Below, in pieces: positions 17,893-27,051 of a stretch of DNA of 32,374 nt. The DNA is from an uncultured Methanosarcinales archaeon (lineage in GTDB: Archaea > Nanobdellota > Nanobdellia > Woesearchaeales > JAGLXL01). Numbering within the stretch: the stretch's first letter is position 1; every line of letters starts with the position of its first letter. Where the stretch lies: NCBI GenBank assembly GCA_964472345.1, contig CAYYLB010000007.1, positions 1 through 32,374 of the forward strand, given 5' to 3'. The notes beneath the pieces are model-generated. The model made no database searches. It saw only the letters and a list, made by a program, of their open reading frames with translations, and was not told the DNA's origin. Both the position numbers and the translations under genes were made by a program.

Positions 17893-18762
17893 ATGTTCCT
17901 CCTCACCCACGCCCACGTCGCGCTGAGCCTTTTCTCCCACCGCAAGCTGCAGCCGCGCGAGCGCGACCTGCTCATCGTGGGCAGCCTGCTCCCTGATGTC
18001 AGCGACCTTGGCATCGCAAGCGAGCGGCGAACCCACACCGAAGGGCGCGAGTTCCTGCGCTACGCGGGAAAGCAGCACCGCTACCTCGGCATGGGAGTCC
18101 TCCTGCACGGCGAGCGCCCGCACGGGCTGGATTATTACACCCACCGCGGCTTCTACGATGCACGAACAAAGCGCCACCAGCTCACCGGCAAGGCAGGCTA
18201 CCTTGCGCAGAACCATGCCGCGATCCTGCCCCTCATCAAGGCCTACCGCAGGAGCATCGGCCCACTGCAGCAGGAGGAAGCCGCCCATCTCGTCATGGAG
18301 TTCTGCGTCGATCACCTGATTGCGGCAGAGCACCCGCAGCTCATCACCAGCGTCGGCAGCGCGCTGTCCAACGGGGAGGTCATGCCTGCGGTCATCCTCT
18401 TCGCGAACTACTTCAACGTGAGCCAAAAGCATTTGCGGCGCATGCAGCGCATCGTCCGCTCGCGGCAGCTGCGCGCATTCCTCGCACGCTTCACCACCAT
18501 CGAAGGCACGGCGCACAACTTCCAGGGCTTCCTCTTCCTCAGGAAGCTGCGCGAGAGCAATGACAGCCACCACTTTCTCCGCCAGCTCTCCCGCGTCACG
18601 CGCTCGTCGCTCGGCTTCCTCACCACCAAGCTCCGCGACCGCTCGCTGGTACAGCTCTTCGAGCGCTGCACCGAGGTGATGCGCACGGACTATAGGCGGT
18701 TTCTGGCGGCAAGCGCGCAGAAGATGCGGCGGATGCTCGCAGAGGAAAGGTTCGGGCGGTGA
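17893..18762 (+). CDS. Hypothetical protein, possibly zinc-dependent phospholipase C/P1-nuclease-like fold
   Basis: N-terminal THAH, GSLLPD, LLH...DYYTH and HLVMEFCVD. TATA tttataa lies ~22 nt upstream. Confidence 0.65.
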   Translation: MFLLTHAHVALSLFSHRKLQPRERDLLIVGSLLPDVSDLGIASERRTHTEGREFLRYAGKQHRYLGMGVLLHGERPHGLDYYTHRGFYDARTKRHQLTGKAGYLAQNHAAILPLIKAYRRSIGPLQQEEAAHLVMEFCVDHLIAAEHPQLITSVGSALSNGEVMPAVILFANYFNVSQKHLRRMQRIVRSRQLRAFLARFTTIEGTAHNFQGFLFLRKLRESNDSHHFLRQLSRVTRSSLGFLTTKLRDRSLVQLFERCTEVMRTDYRRFLAASAQKMRRMLAEERFGR

Positions 18763-19628
18763 AGCCAAAAATGAAACGCAAGACAGTGATTTCCGCAGCA
18801 TTTCTCATCATGCTCATAGCCCTCATCGCACTTAACGCAGAATACCTCACGAGCAGGGCACGAAGCGCAATCATCGGCTCAGCGGTCGAAGACTTCCCAG
18901 GCACTGCTCCGGAAAACACCTATCCGCTTATCCTGCTGCACGGTTTCAACCCAACGTACAGCCCGCGCATCTCGGAATTTTCCATGAAAGAGATGCAGGA
19001 AGATTTAGCCCGAGACTTGAACTATGTTGACAAAGGCCTCTTAACCTCAACAACGACCTGTGCTGAACTTCGCTACGCAAACAACCCTATCGTTATCCGT
19101 GCCAGCTACTTCGGCAATTTGGAGCTGCTGGAAATATATGAGTATGCCCAAAATGTTGCCGGCATCATCGCAAGAATACAGCACTGCACCGGAGCTGAGC
19201 AGGTTGATATTGTTGCCCATTCAATGAGCGGCATCGTCGTCCGGCATTATATCAAGAACATCGAGCGAACATCAATAAGGAGATTCATCATGCTTGCCAC
19301 GCCGAATCACGGCGGTTTGTACCGTTTCGGGGATATTGCCGATTATCTCGTTAAAGATGGAGAATCACGGCTTAATCTTGACTTCATTGAGCTCTCAGAA
19401 AACCATGAGTTCATGCAGGCGCTCAATGAAGACGAAACGCTTGGAGCAGTTACCTATTACACCATTGCAGGTGACATTGACGGGCAAGGCGATGGAATGG
19501 TGTTCACCAGCTCAGTGGGCTTACAGGGAGAAGCCGATCACCTCGTTGTCCCCTGCGGCCATATCCTCATCAAGCACCCTTCATTCTGCCCCGAGGCGTA
19601 TGAGTTTGTGAAGGCGGTGCTGGAGTGA
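18759..19628 (+). CDS. Membrane-anchored or secreted alpha/beta hydrolase (lipase/PGAP1-like)
   Basis: PLILLHG, DIVAHSMSG nucleophile elbow, ATPNHG and DGMV. N-terminal hydrophobic helix. Confidence 0.85.
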   Translation: MKPKMKRKTVISAAFLIMLIALIALNAEYLTSRARSAIIGSAVEDFPGTAPENTYPLILLHGFNPTYSPRISEFSMKEMQEDLARDLNYVDKGLLTSTTTCAELRYANNPIVIRASYFGNLELLEIYEYAQNVAGIIARIQHCTGAEQVDIVAHSMSGIVVRHYIKNIERTSIRRFIMLATPNHGGLYRFGDIADYLVKDGESRLNLDFIELSENHEFMQALNEDETLGAVTYYTIAGDIDGQGDGMVFTSSVGLQGEADHLVVPCGHILIKHPSFCPEAYEFVKAVLE

Positions 19629-19781
19629 TTTCTTTAGGCATCAACAAACTCTTCTTTTTGTAATACACAGAGCACGACGAAGAAAGCGGGCGGGAAACGG
19701 CCAAGCTCGCAGGCGCAGGCTTTTTCTGCGGAGCCAAATGAAACACAATCTTTTTATAGATGACGGCCCCCAGGCAGCCGC

Positions 19782-20288
19782 ATGAATCAGGTAAAGATGG
19801 GGGTGGTGCTCATCGCCCTGAGCGTCATGCTCGGCGTTGTCTTCTTCCTCGTCCTCTCACAGCTTAAGGATGAGCAGATGGAGCTCGGCTGCATCCCGCA
19901 GAGGGAGCGCTGCCTTGAGATCGAGTCGAACCTTTCCGTCACGCACGTCGGGGTAGGAATCATCGCCGCGACACTTGCCCTTGGGCTGTACCTCATGCTC
20001 TTCTCCGGAGGCGAGCAGGCCATCCTCAGGCGGCTTGAAGAGGAAAAAAACAAGAAGCTTTCTGAAGAAAAGTTTGCCATCCTCCTGCGCGCCTTTGATG
20101 GGAACGAGCAGGCAGTGCTGAAGGCGCTCCGCGAGCAGCCCGGCATCGAGCAGAACACGCTCCGCCTCAAAACGGGCCTGTCGAAGGCAAAGATAAGCCA
20201 GATCCTGACAGGCCTTGAAAAGAAAAGGCTGATCCGACGCGAAGCAAAGAACAGAACATTCTCCGTTTGGCTTTCTGAAGATTTTTAG
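19782..20288 (+). CDS. Membrane-anchored winged-helix (MarR-like) regulator, paralog of 7787-8281
   Basis: Two TM helices with loop CIPQRERC. C-terminal QNTLRLKTGLSKAKISQILTGLEKKRLIRRE. Confidence 0.85.
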   Translation: MNQVKMGVVLIALSVMLGVVFFLVLSQLKDEQMELGCIPQRERCLEIESNLSVTHVGVGIIAATLALGLYLMLFSGGEQAILRRLEEEKNKKLSEEKFAILLRAFDGNEQAVLKALREQPGIEQNTLRLKTGLSKAKISQILTGLEKKRLIRREAKNRTFSVWLSEDF

Positions 20289-20405
20289 GCTTGCATGAAC
20301 GGTAAAAGCAGCGATACGTCTCGATAAGGAGAAAAGAAAGCTGAAATAAGCCATCGTGACAGGGCGAACATATTTAATATAGCTCTGTGTGACACCCAAA
20401 AAAGA

Positions 20406-20538
20406 GTATTTGTTTAGCACCTTCGAAATTCACGCTCATGCCATCGATGGGGCTGCGTCCCCGGATGGGGCAACCCCCCGCGACGCCCTCGATTTTTGGC
20501 ATCAAAAGAATTTCGACCTTAGGGTGCTAAACAAATAC
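20406..20538. mobile_element. MITE-like element D, 133 bp, with 8-bp TSD
   Basis: Perfect 16-bp IR gtatttgtttagcacc (20406-20421) / ggtgctaaacaaatac (20523-20538). aaaaaaga immediately flanks both ends (20398-20405, 20539-20546). Internal stem tcgaaattc/gaatttcga. Confidence 0.85.
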
Positions 20539-20561
20539 AAAAAAGACAAAAGGAAGCGAGG

Positions 20562-21305
20562 GTGAAACCGATGGAAGAACACAAGCAGGCTCACCATGAG
20601 CAAGCTCATCACGAGCCGCAGAAAAAGTCAGACATCAAGAACTATATCATTGTCGCGCTCGCCACGGCATTGATCGTGATCGGCGCGGTCTGGATCCGCG
20701 ACTCATTCACAAATGCAGGCACGCAAAAAGCAGCACCACTCGCACCTGCCGGGCTTGGCAATGCGCCAGCAGCCGCAACCGGCGTCAGCACCGAGGGCAG
20801 CTACTTCAAGGGCAAGGAAAACGCCCCTGTCACGATCATCGAATTCAGCGACTTCCAGTGCCCGTTCTGCGGCCGCTTCTTCCAGCAGACGCTTCCGGAC
20901 ATCGAGCGCAGCTATATCGCAACCGGCAAGGCCAAGCTTGTCTATAAGGATTTCCCGCTGGACAGCATCCATCCGCACGCGACCCCGGCAGCAATGGCAG
21001 CACGCTGCGCCGGCGAGCAGGGGAAGTTCTGGGAGTTCCACGACCTGATCTTCAACAACCAGCAGAGCCTGGGCGAGTCAAGCTACACTCAGTGGGCTTC
21101 CCAGCTGGGACTGGATGCCGCAAAGTTCAACGAATGCTCCAGCAGCCGCAAATACCTCAGCGCAGTCCGCCAGGATCTCGTGGAAGGGCAGCGCGCAGGC
21201 GTTCAGGGCACCCCGGCGTTCCTGATCAACGGGCAGCTGCTGAGCGGGGCGCAGCCGTTTGCAGCCTTCCAGCAGGCCATTGAAAATGCGCTGGCTCAAG
21301 GCTAG
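20562..21305 (+). CDS. Membrane-anchored DsbA-family thiol-disulfide oxidoreductase
   Basis: EFSDFQCPFC, YKDFPL, QGKFWEFHD and GVQGTPAFLING. The start is 20562 or 20571. Confidence 0.93.
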   Translation: MKPMEEHKQAHHEQAHHEPQKKSDIKNYIIVALATALIVIGAVWIRDSFTNAGTQKAAPLAPAGLGNAPAAATGVSTEGSYFKGKENAPVTIIEFSDFQCPFCGRFFQQTLPDIERSYIATGKAKLVYKDFPLDSIHPHATPAAMAARCAGEQGKFWEFHDLIFNNQQSLGESSYTQWASQLGLDAAKFNECSSSRKYLSAVRQDLVEGQRAGVQGTPAFLINGQLLSGAQPFAAFQQAIENALAQG

Positions 21306-21807
21306 GCCCGGCGAGGTGCGCAGTGCGCTGCGCGAGGTCTTCGCCAGGAAAAGCGCCGTGCTCATCGCTGCGGCGGGGGCCATAGTCTTCGGCGGCATCT
21401 CTGTTTTTATCCCCATCGGCGTTACCCCGGGCAATTCGCTCGGCTTCTTCCTGCAGATAACCTCCTGGTGGGCGCTGCTGCTGCTTCTGGCTCTTGCAGC
21501 ACTGATGGGGATCCTCACCGCGATGCAGATCCACATCTGGCGGGCGACGCGCACCGCAAGAATCAATGAAGCCGGCACGGGAATCACCGCGGCCTTCTCA
21601 AGCTTTGTCGCGGGAGTCTTTTCGAGCGCGACCTGCGCCGCGTGCGTCAGCGCGCTCTTTTCATTTCTTGTCCCGCCCGCAGGCATCTTCTTCCTCCTGA
21701 AGTACCGCTGGTGGATAACGGCTGCCGGCCTCGCGCTTGTCATGCTCTCCATCATGCTCACCTCGCGCAGGATCGCAAGGAACTGCGGCAGCTGCAGGAT
21801 AGGGTGA
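21286..21807 (+). CDS. Hypothetical membrane protein with two CxxC motifs
   Basis: About four TM segments, ATCAAC and a terminal CGSC. Overlaps the DsbA stop. Confidence 0.75.
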   Translation: MRWLKARPGEVRSALREVFARKSAVLIAAAGAIVFGGISVFIPIGVTPGNSLGFFLQITSWWALLLLLALAALMGILTAMQIHIWRATRTARINEAGTGITAAFSSFVAGVFSSATCAACVSALFSFLVPPAGIFFLLKYRWWITAAGLALVMLSIMLTSRRIARNCGSCRIG

Positions 21808-21973
21808 TGCCGTGCTGTTTGTCGACAAATGGAACTTCCTTGGATTTTTTCCGCAGAGTGGGCGGAACTTTTCATCATGCCAAAACCCAGAAACCTTTAA
21901 ATAGAAGTATCATTTGCAAATGCTCAAAAGATAGTGCCATTTTATAATGGTAACCAAAGGGGGCTGGTTGAGG

Positions 21974-23041
21974 ATGAAGAGAAACAGGATCACGGCAATA
22001 CTTCTTGGCATGCTCGCGCTCGGCGCGCTCGTCGCCGCCGGCTGCGTCCCGGCGCCGCAGGCGGACCAGCGCGAGATTGACATCATCAAGGAGCTGCAGG
22101 AAATCGAGAAGCAGCTTGAGGTCTCGGAAAATGCAGCGAACGAGAGCGCAAACGACACCAAGCTCCTCGACGAGAGCATCACTGAGCAGCCCACCGAGCA
22201 GCAAAAGCCAGTCTCCCCTCCATCTGAGCAACCAACGGCAGAGCCGCCGAAAGCTGAAGAGCCGAAAGTGGACACAAGCAAGCTCCAGCGCATCGAAGTG
22301 CAGGAAACCGAAGTGGTCAAGCTCAACGTGGAGACAGAAGATCCCGACAAGGACACTATTACCCGTGCATTTTCGCCGCCCCTTGGTGCTGACGGAACGT
22401 GGAAGACTGACTATGGCGATGCGGGCGAGTATGTGATTACCGTCACTGCAAGCGACGGCAAGCAGACGGCCGAGCAGAAGGTCGTGCTGGTCGTCAAGAA
22501 AAAGAATGTCGCTCCCACCATCACCGAGCTGCCCACCACGCTGAAGCTCAAGGAAGGGGAAACGGCCATCCTGAAGCCAAAGGTGACTGATCTCAACAAG
22601 GATCCCGTCACCGTGAGCTACTCAGCGCCGCTCAAAGACGATGGCAGCTGGGCAACCGACCACAAAAGCGCGGGTGAATACGAAATCCTCATCACGGCAA
22701 GCGACGGGGAAGCGGAAACCAAGGCCAAGCTCACCCTGACGGTGCTCGATGTCAACCTCCCGCCGGAGATCTCGGGGGTCGAGGACAAGATAACTATAAA
22801 AGAAGGTGAAACCGTCACGATCAAACCGCAGGTGAGGGATGCCGATGGCGACAAGGCCGCCGTCAGCATCTCCGATCCGGTCGGCGATGACGGCGTCTGG
22901 CAGACGACCTACACCGACCACGGAACCTACCGCATCGCCATCACCGCAAGCGACGGCAAAGGCACGTCAAGCAAGGACGTCCAGCTCGTCGTGGAAGATG
23001 TCAACGTCCCGCCAAGGATCACCTCCATCCGCAAGGGCTAA
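21974..23041 (+). CDS. Putative lipoprotein with three ~83-aa cadherin/Ig-like repeats
   Basis: Signal peptide ending LVAAGC, acidic/Pro-rich linker, and repeats with DxDxD, W-x-T...G-x-Y-x-I-x-I/V-TASDG and NxxP. Confidence 0.85.
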   Translation: MKRNRITAILLGMLALGALVAAGCVPAPQADQREIDIIKELQEIEKQLEVSENAANESANDTKLLDESITEQPTEQQKPVSPPSEQPTAEPPKAEEPKVDTSKLQRIEVQETEVVKLNVETEDPDKDTITRAFSPPLGADGTWKTDYGDAGEYVITVTASDGKQTAEQKVVLVVKKKNVAPTITELPTTLKLKEGETAILKPKVTDLNKDPVTVSYSAPLKDDGSWATDHKSAGEYEILITASDGEAETKAKLTLTVLDVNLPPEISGVEDKITIKEGETVTIKPQVRDADGDKAAVSISDPVGDDGVWQTTYTDHGTYRIAITASDGKGTSSKDVQLVVEDVNVPPRITSIRKG

Positions 23042-23062
23042 TGATAATGAGAATGGAGCGCC

Positions 23063-25330
23063 ATGAACACCCAGCTTGCAACCAGGGGATTCATCCTCCT
23101 GCTGCTCACCGTACTCGCCGCAGCGTCGCCGCAGGCAGCCACCATCGTCTATAATGAGACCGAGCTCGTCAGGCTGCTGCCCGAAGCGGTTGATCCGGAC
23201 AGCCCGAACGCAGGCAACATCACCTTCGTATTCTCCCAGCCGCTGAACCAGAGCGGCGAGTGGCAGACTGATGCGGATGACGCGGGCACCTATAACATAA
23301 CGATCTCAGCATTCGACGGCAAGACCTCCAGCGAGGAGCAGATCACCCTCATCATCCAAAATGTCAACCAGCCGCCAGTCATAACGATTGAGGATATTGA
23401 AATCGCCGAAACAGACCTGCTTGTCGTGAGGCCGGAGGTGAGCGACCCGGACAACGACTCCGTCATCACCACATTCTCCTCTCCATTGGATGCCAACGGC
23501 ACCTGGCAGACCGGCTTTGATGACGCAGGCAATTACAGCATCACCATCACGTCGAGCGACGGAAAGCTCGAGACGGCGCGGGTTGTCCAGGTGACCGTCA
23601 ACAACCGGAACCGCGCGCCCACCATCGGGAGCACCGAGCCGGCGCAGCCAGCAGTCAAGATGCAGGAAGGCACACAGCAGGCATTCACCGTGCTCGCCAG
23701 CGACCTGGACGCCGACCCGCTCGACTATGTGTGGTATATTGACCGGGAGCAAAAGGCCAAGGGCGCGGAGTTCGTCTACGCCGCGGGCTACGAAAGCGCC
23801 GGCACGCACACGCTCCGTGTCGAGGTGATTGACCGCGAGGCAACCGCATGGCACGAATGGAATGTGGAGGTCGAGAATGTAAACCGCGGCCCAACGCTTG
23901 AAGGCCTCAGTGACGTGACGGTGCACGAGGATGAAACCCTCACGCTGCCGCTGCCCGAGAAGGATGCCGACGGCGACAGGCTCACCTTCACGATCAGTGA
24001 GCCCATCGGAAGCGACGGGATCTGGAAGCCGGGCTTTGGCGATGCCAAGACCTATGAGATCAAAGTGAGCGCGAGCGACGGCTCCCTCAGCGCAGAAAAG
24101 ACCATCATTGTCACGGTCATCGATGTTGACCGCGCGCCGGAATTCGAGCAGCTCGCCGACGTGAGCATCAATGAAACGGAAGAGCTGCGGATCGAGTTCA
24201 GCGCTTCCGATCCCGACGGGGACAAGGTCCGCTTCGCTGCCGACGGCCTGCCGCAAGCACAGTTCAAGGACAACATCCTCACCTGGACGCCGGGCTATGA
24301 GTTCATCGCGCTGCCAAAGAACGTCCTGGGCACGACGCTGAGCGCCATGCGCCTCGACCGTGTTTTTTACCCGGACGAAAAGACCATGCCGCTCACGCTG
24401 CTTGCCTGCGGAAAAGAGAGGTGCAGCAACCAGACCATCCAGATCACCGTGAGAAACGTCAACCGCAAGCCGGTGCTTGAGATTGCTGACCGCGTCGGGC
24501 TCAGCGAAGGGCAGCGCCTCGTTCTCAAGCCCGTGGCGACTGATGCGGATGGCGACCATGTGAGGCTGTCCTACACGAAGCCCGTGGGCCGGTGGGGCCG
24601 CTGGAAAACGTCGTTTGACGACGCCGGCAGCACCACGATCACCGTCACCGCGAGCGACGGCAGGGAACGCGTCGAGAAGACCGTCAAGGTAGACGTTCAG
24701 GACGTTGATCGGGCGCCGCGCTTCAGCCGCATCGCCGACAGGACCATCAAGGAGAACCAGAGCGTCGCGTTCGCTGTGCAGGCGACCGACCCCGACGGCG
24801 ACAACGTGACGCTCGTCGCGGAAGGCCTGCCGCCGGGCGCGACGTTCGAGGGCGGCCTCCTGAGCTGGACGCCGGCTTTTGATACCGTCAACCGCAGCGC
24901 CGGCGGAGCGCGGGAATTCCTCCTCACGTTTGCAGCGACCGGCAGGCCCGGTGTCACCACGAAGAAAGCGGTCTCCGTCACGGTCAAGGACGCCAACCGC
25001 AAGCCGGTGATCGCGCTCGCTGCGCCGGGCAAGAACATCAGCGCAGTGCCGCACGAAAAGCTGACGTTCAGCGCACGCGCCTTCGACCCCGACGGAGCGA
25101 ATGTCACCTACCGCTGGAAGTTCAGCGCGCTGGAAGGTGTCAAGGGGCCGCAGGCGATCGCACGCACGTTCACCACGCCGGGCCCGAAAGAGGTCAAGCT
25201 GATCGTCAGCGACGGCAAGGCAACGACAACCCATAAATGGCTCATCACCGTCGGCAGGCCGCAGCCCATCGCCCCGATTCCCCAGGCTCCCCCGCAGGCG
25301 ACATTTCTGACGTTTGAGGTGGAAGGGTAA
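23063..25330 (+). CDS. Secreted surface protein with tandem cadherin/Ig-like and PKD-like repeats
   Basis: Signal peptide, repeated DPDGD, SDG, NRxP and WTP motifs, and a C-terminal PKD-like unit (YRWKF...FTTPG). Confidence 0.85.
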   Translation: MNTQLATRGFILLLLTVLAAASPQAATIVYNETELVRLLPEAVDPDSPNAGNITFVFSQPLNQSGEWQTDADDAGTYNITISAFDGKTSSEEQITLIIQNVNQPPVITIEDIEIAETDLLVVRPEVSDPDNDSVITTFSSPLDANGTWQTGFDDAGNYSITITSSDGKLETARVVQVTVNNRNRAPTIGSTEPAQPAVKMQEGTQQAFTVLASDLDADPLDYVWYIDREQKAKGAEFVYAAGYESAGTHTLRVEVIDREATAWHEWNVEVENVNRGPTLEGLSDVTVHEDETLTLPLPEKDADGDRLTFTISEPIGSDGIWKPGFGDAKTYEIKVSASDGSLSAEKTIIVTVIDVDRAPEFEQLADVSINETEELRIEFSASDPDGDKVRFAADGLPQAQFKDNILTWTPGYEFIALPKNVLGTTLSAMRLDRVFYPDEKTMPLTLLACGKERCSNQTIQITVRNVNRKPVLEIADRVGLSEGQRLVLKPVATDADGDHVRLSYTKPVGRWGRWKTSFDDAGSTTITVTASDGRERVEKTVKVDVQDVDRAPRFSRIADRTIKENQSVAFAVQATDPDGDNVTLVAEGLPPGATFEGGLLSWTPAFDTVNRSAGGAREFLLTFAATGRPGVTTKKAVSVTVKDANRKPVIALAAPGKNISAVPHEKLTFSARAFDPDGANVTYRWKFSALEGVKGPQAIARTFTTPGPKEVKLIVSDGKATTTHKWLITVGRPQPIAPIPQAPPQATFLTFEVEG

Positions 25331-25360
25331 AATGGAGTTGCCAGAGGCGAAGTCTTTCCG

Positions 25361-25373
25361 TTTCGCACCAACC
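25361..25373. repeat. Solo copy of the element A terminal repeat
   Basis: tttcgcaccaacc is identical to 3434-3446, and the next base c also matches. Confidence 0.6.
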
Positions 25374-25421
25374 CCCCAGCAAGACTGAATATTTATAATC
25401 CCATTCTCTCCCCGCCACCTT

Positions 25422-26969
25422 ATGGAAGGAAGAACAGCGGCCAGCCACCCCGCAATCGAGCTTGCCTTCCAAACCATCGGGCTCGGAAAGCAGGCGATTG
25501 TCTTCGTCGACACCAAGCAGGGCGCGGAAAAGGCAGCCGAAGACATTGCGAGGAGAGTCAGGCAGGGCAGCCAGCAGGAGCTTGCCATCCGGCTGCTCAA
25601 CGCGACTTCCACCCCCACCAGGCAGTGCAAACGCCTCGCAGCCTGCGCCAGGCAAGGGATCGCCTTCCACCACAGTGGCCTTCTTCCGAAGCAGCGCCAC
25701 CTGATCGAACAGGCCTTCCGCGACGGGCTCATCACCATCATCTGCGCCACGACGACCATGGCCTACGGCATCGATACTCCCGCGTTCCGTGTCATCATGC
25801 GAAGCCTCAAGCGCTTCAGCGGAAGCTGGGGCGCTGACTGGATCCCGACGCTCGAGTACCACCAGATGGCAGGCCGCGCAGGGCGCCCAAAGTTCCATGA
25901 CACGCACGGCGAGGCGATTGCCATCGCAAAGACCGAAGCCGAGCAGCTCGAGATCGAGGAGCGCTACATCTTCGGCAAGCCCGAGCCCATGGAAAGCAAG
26001 CTTGCCGTCGAGCCCGTGCTGCGGACCTATATCCTGAGCCTCATCGCCACGGGCTTTGTTCGCACCGGGCAGCAGATCAGCGGCTTCTTCGCGCGCACCT
26101 TCTGGGCGCACCAGTACAAGGACCAGGAAAAGCTCGGGAAGATCCTCGAAAGGATGCTCGCGCTCCTCGGGCAGTGGGGCTTCATCCAGACGCCGCACGG
26201 CGGCTTTGTGAGCGCGGCAGACCTCGGCAAGGAAACGCCATTCGCCGCAACGCTGCTCGGCAGGCGTGTCGCAGAGCTGTACATCGACCCGTATACCGCC
26301 AACCAGCTCATCAATGGGCTGCAGAACACGAGAAAGAATGCCCCAACACCGTTTGCGCTCCTCCAGCTCATCAGCAGCGCGCTCGAGATGCGGCCGCTGC
26401 TGCGCCTTGGAGCAAAGGACCATGATGCGGTCCAGGCCGCGCTGCTCGAGCACTACAACGAGCTGCTCACGGCGGAGCCCAGCACCTATGATCCTGCGTA
26501 TGATGATTTCCTCAACAGCGTCAAGACGGCACGCTTCTTCGAGGAATGGATTGACGAAAAGGGTGAAGATGAGCTGCTCGAAGCCTACCGCATCCGCCCT
26601 GGCGAGATCCACATCAAGCGCGGGCGTGCGGAATGGCTGCTCTACGCCATGGAGGAGCTCGCTCCCCTGCTCAGGCTGCATGACATCATCAAGGAGCTCC
26701 GCAGGCTCCGCATCCGCGTCAGGGAGGGCGTCCGCGAAGAGCTCCTGCCCCTGCTGCGCTTCGAAGGCGTCGGCCGCGTCCGCGCAAGAAGACTCCATCG
26801 CGCCGGCCTGAAGGACATCAGCGACCTGAAGAAGGCAGACGCCGCGCTGCTCGCCCGCATCATAGGGAAGAAGACCGCCGAAAGCGTCAAGAAGCAGCTC
26901 GGGCAGGAAGTGACGCAGGTGCCGTCCGGCAGGCGCAAGGGGCAGCTCGGGCTGGGGAAGTTTGAGTGA
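25422..26969 (+). CDS. hel308: Hel308/Ski2-like helicase lacking the N-terminal RecA1 (Walker A/DExH) domain
   Basis: Motif IV (IVFVDTK), IAFHHSGL, V (ATTTMAYGIDTPA), VI (QMAGRAGRP), ELYIDP, RPGE and the C-terminal HhH (GVGRVRARRL) are present. GKT, DExH and SAT are absent. Confidence 0.85.
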   Translation: MEGRTAASHPAIELAFQTIGLGKQAIVFVDTKQGAEKAAEDIARRVRQGSQQELAIRLLNATSTPTRQCKRLAACARQGIAFHHSGLLPKQRHLIEQAFRDGLITIICATTTMAYGIDTPAFRVIMRSLKRFSGSWGADWIPTLEYHQMAGRAGRPKFHDTHGEAIAIAKTEAEQLEIEERYIFGKPEPMESKLAVEPVLRTYILSLIATGFVRTGQQISGFFARTFWAHQYKDQEKLGKILERMLALLGQWGFIQTPHGGFVSAADLGKETPFAATLLGRRVAELYIDPYTANQLINGLQNTRKNAPTPFALLQLISSALEMRPLLRLGAKDHDAVQAALLEHYNELLTAEPSTYDPAYDDFLNSVKTARFFEEWIDEKGEDELLEAYRIRPGEIHIKRGRAEWLLYAMEELAPLLRLHDIIKELRRLRIRVREGVREELLPLLRFEGVGRVRARRLHRAGLKDISDLKKADAALLARIIGKKTAESVKKQLGQEVTQVPSGRRKGQLGLGKFE

Positions 26970-27051
26970 TCTCCCAAGCGAGTGGTATGGAAAAATGCCA
27001 AGGTACGTCGTGTGCGTGCCGCGGCTCTTGGCATCCCACGAGACGAGGATC

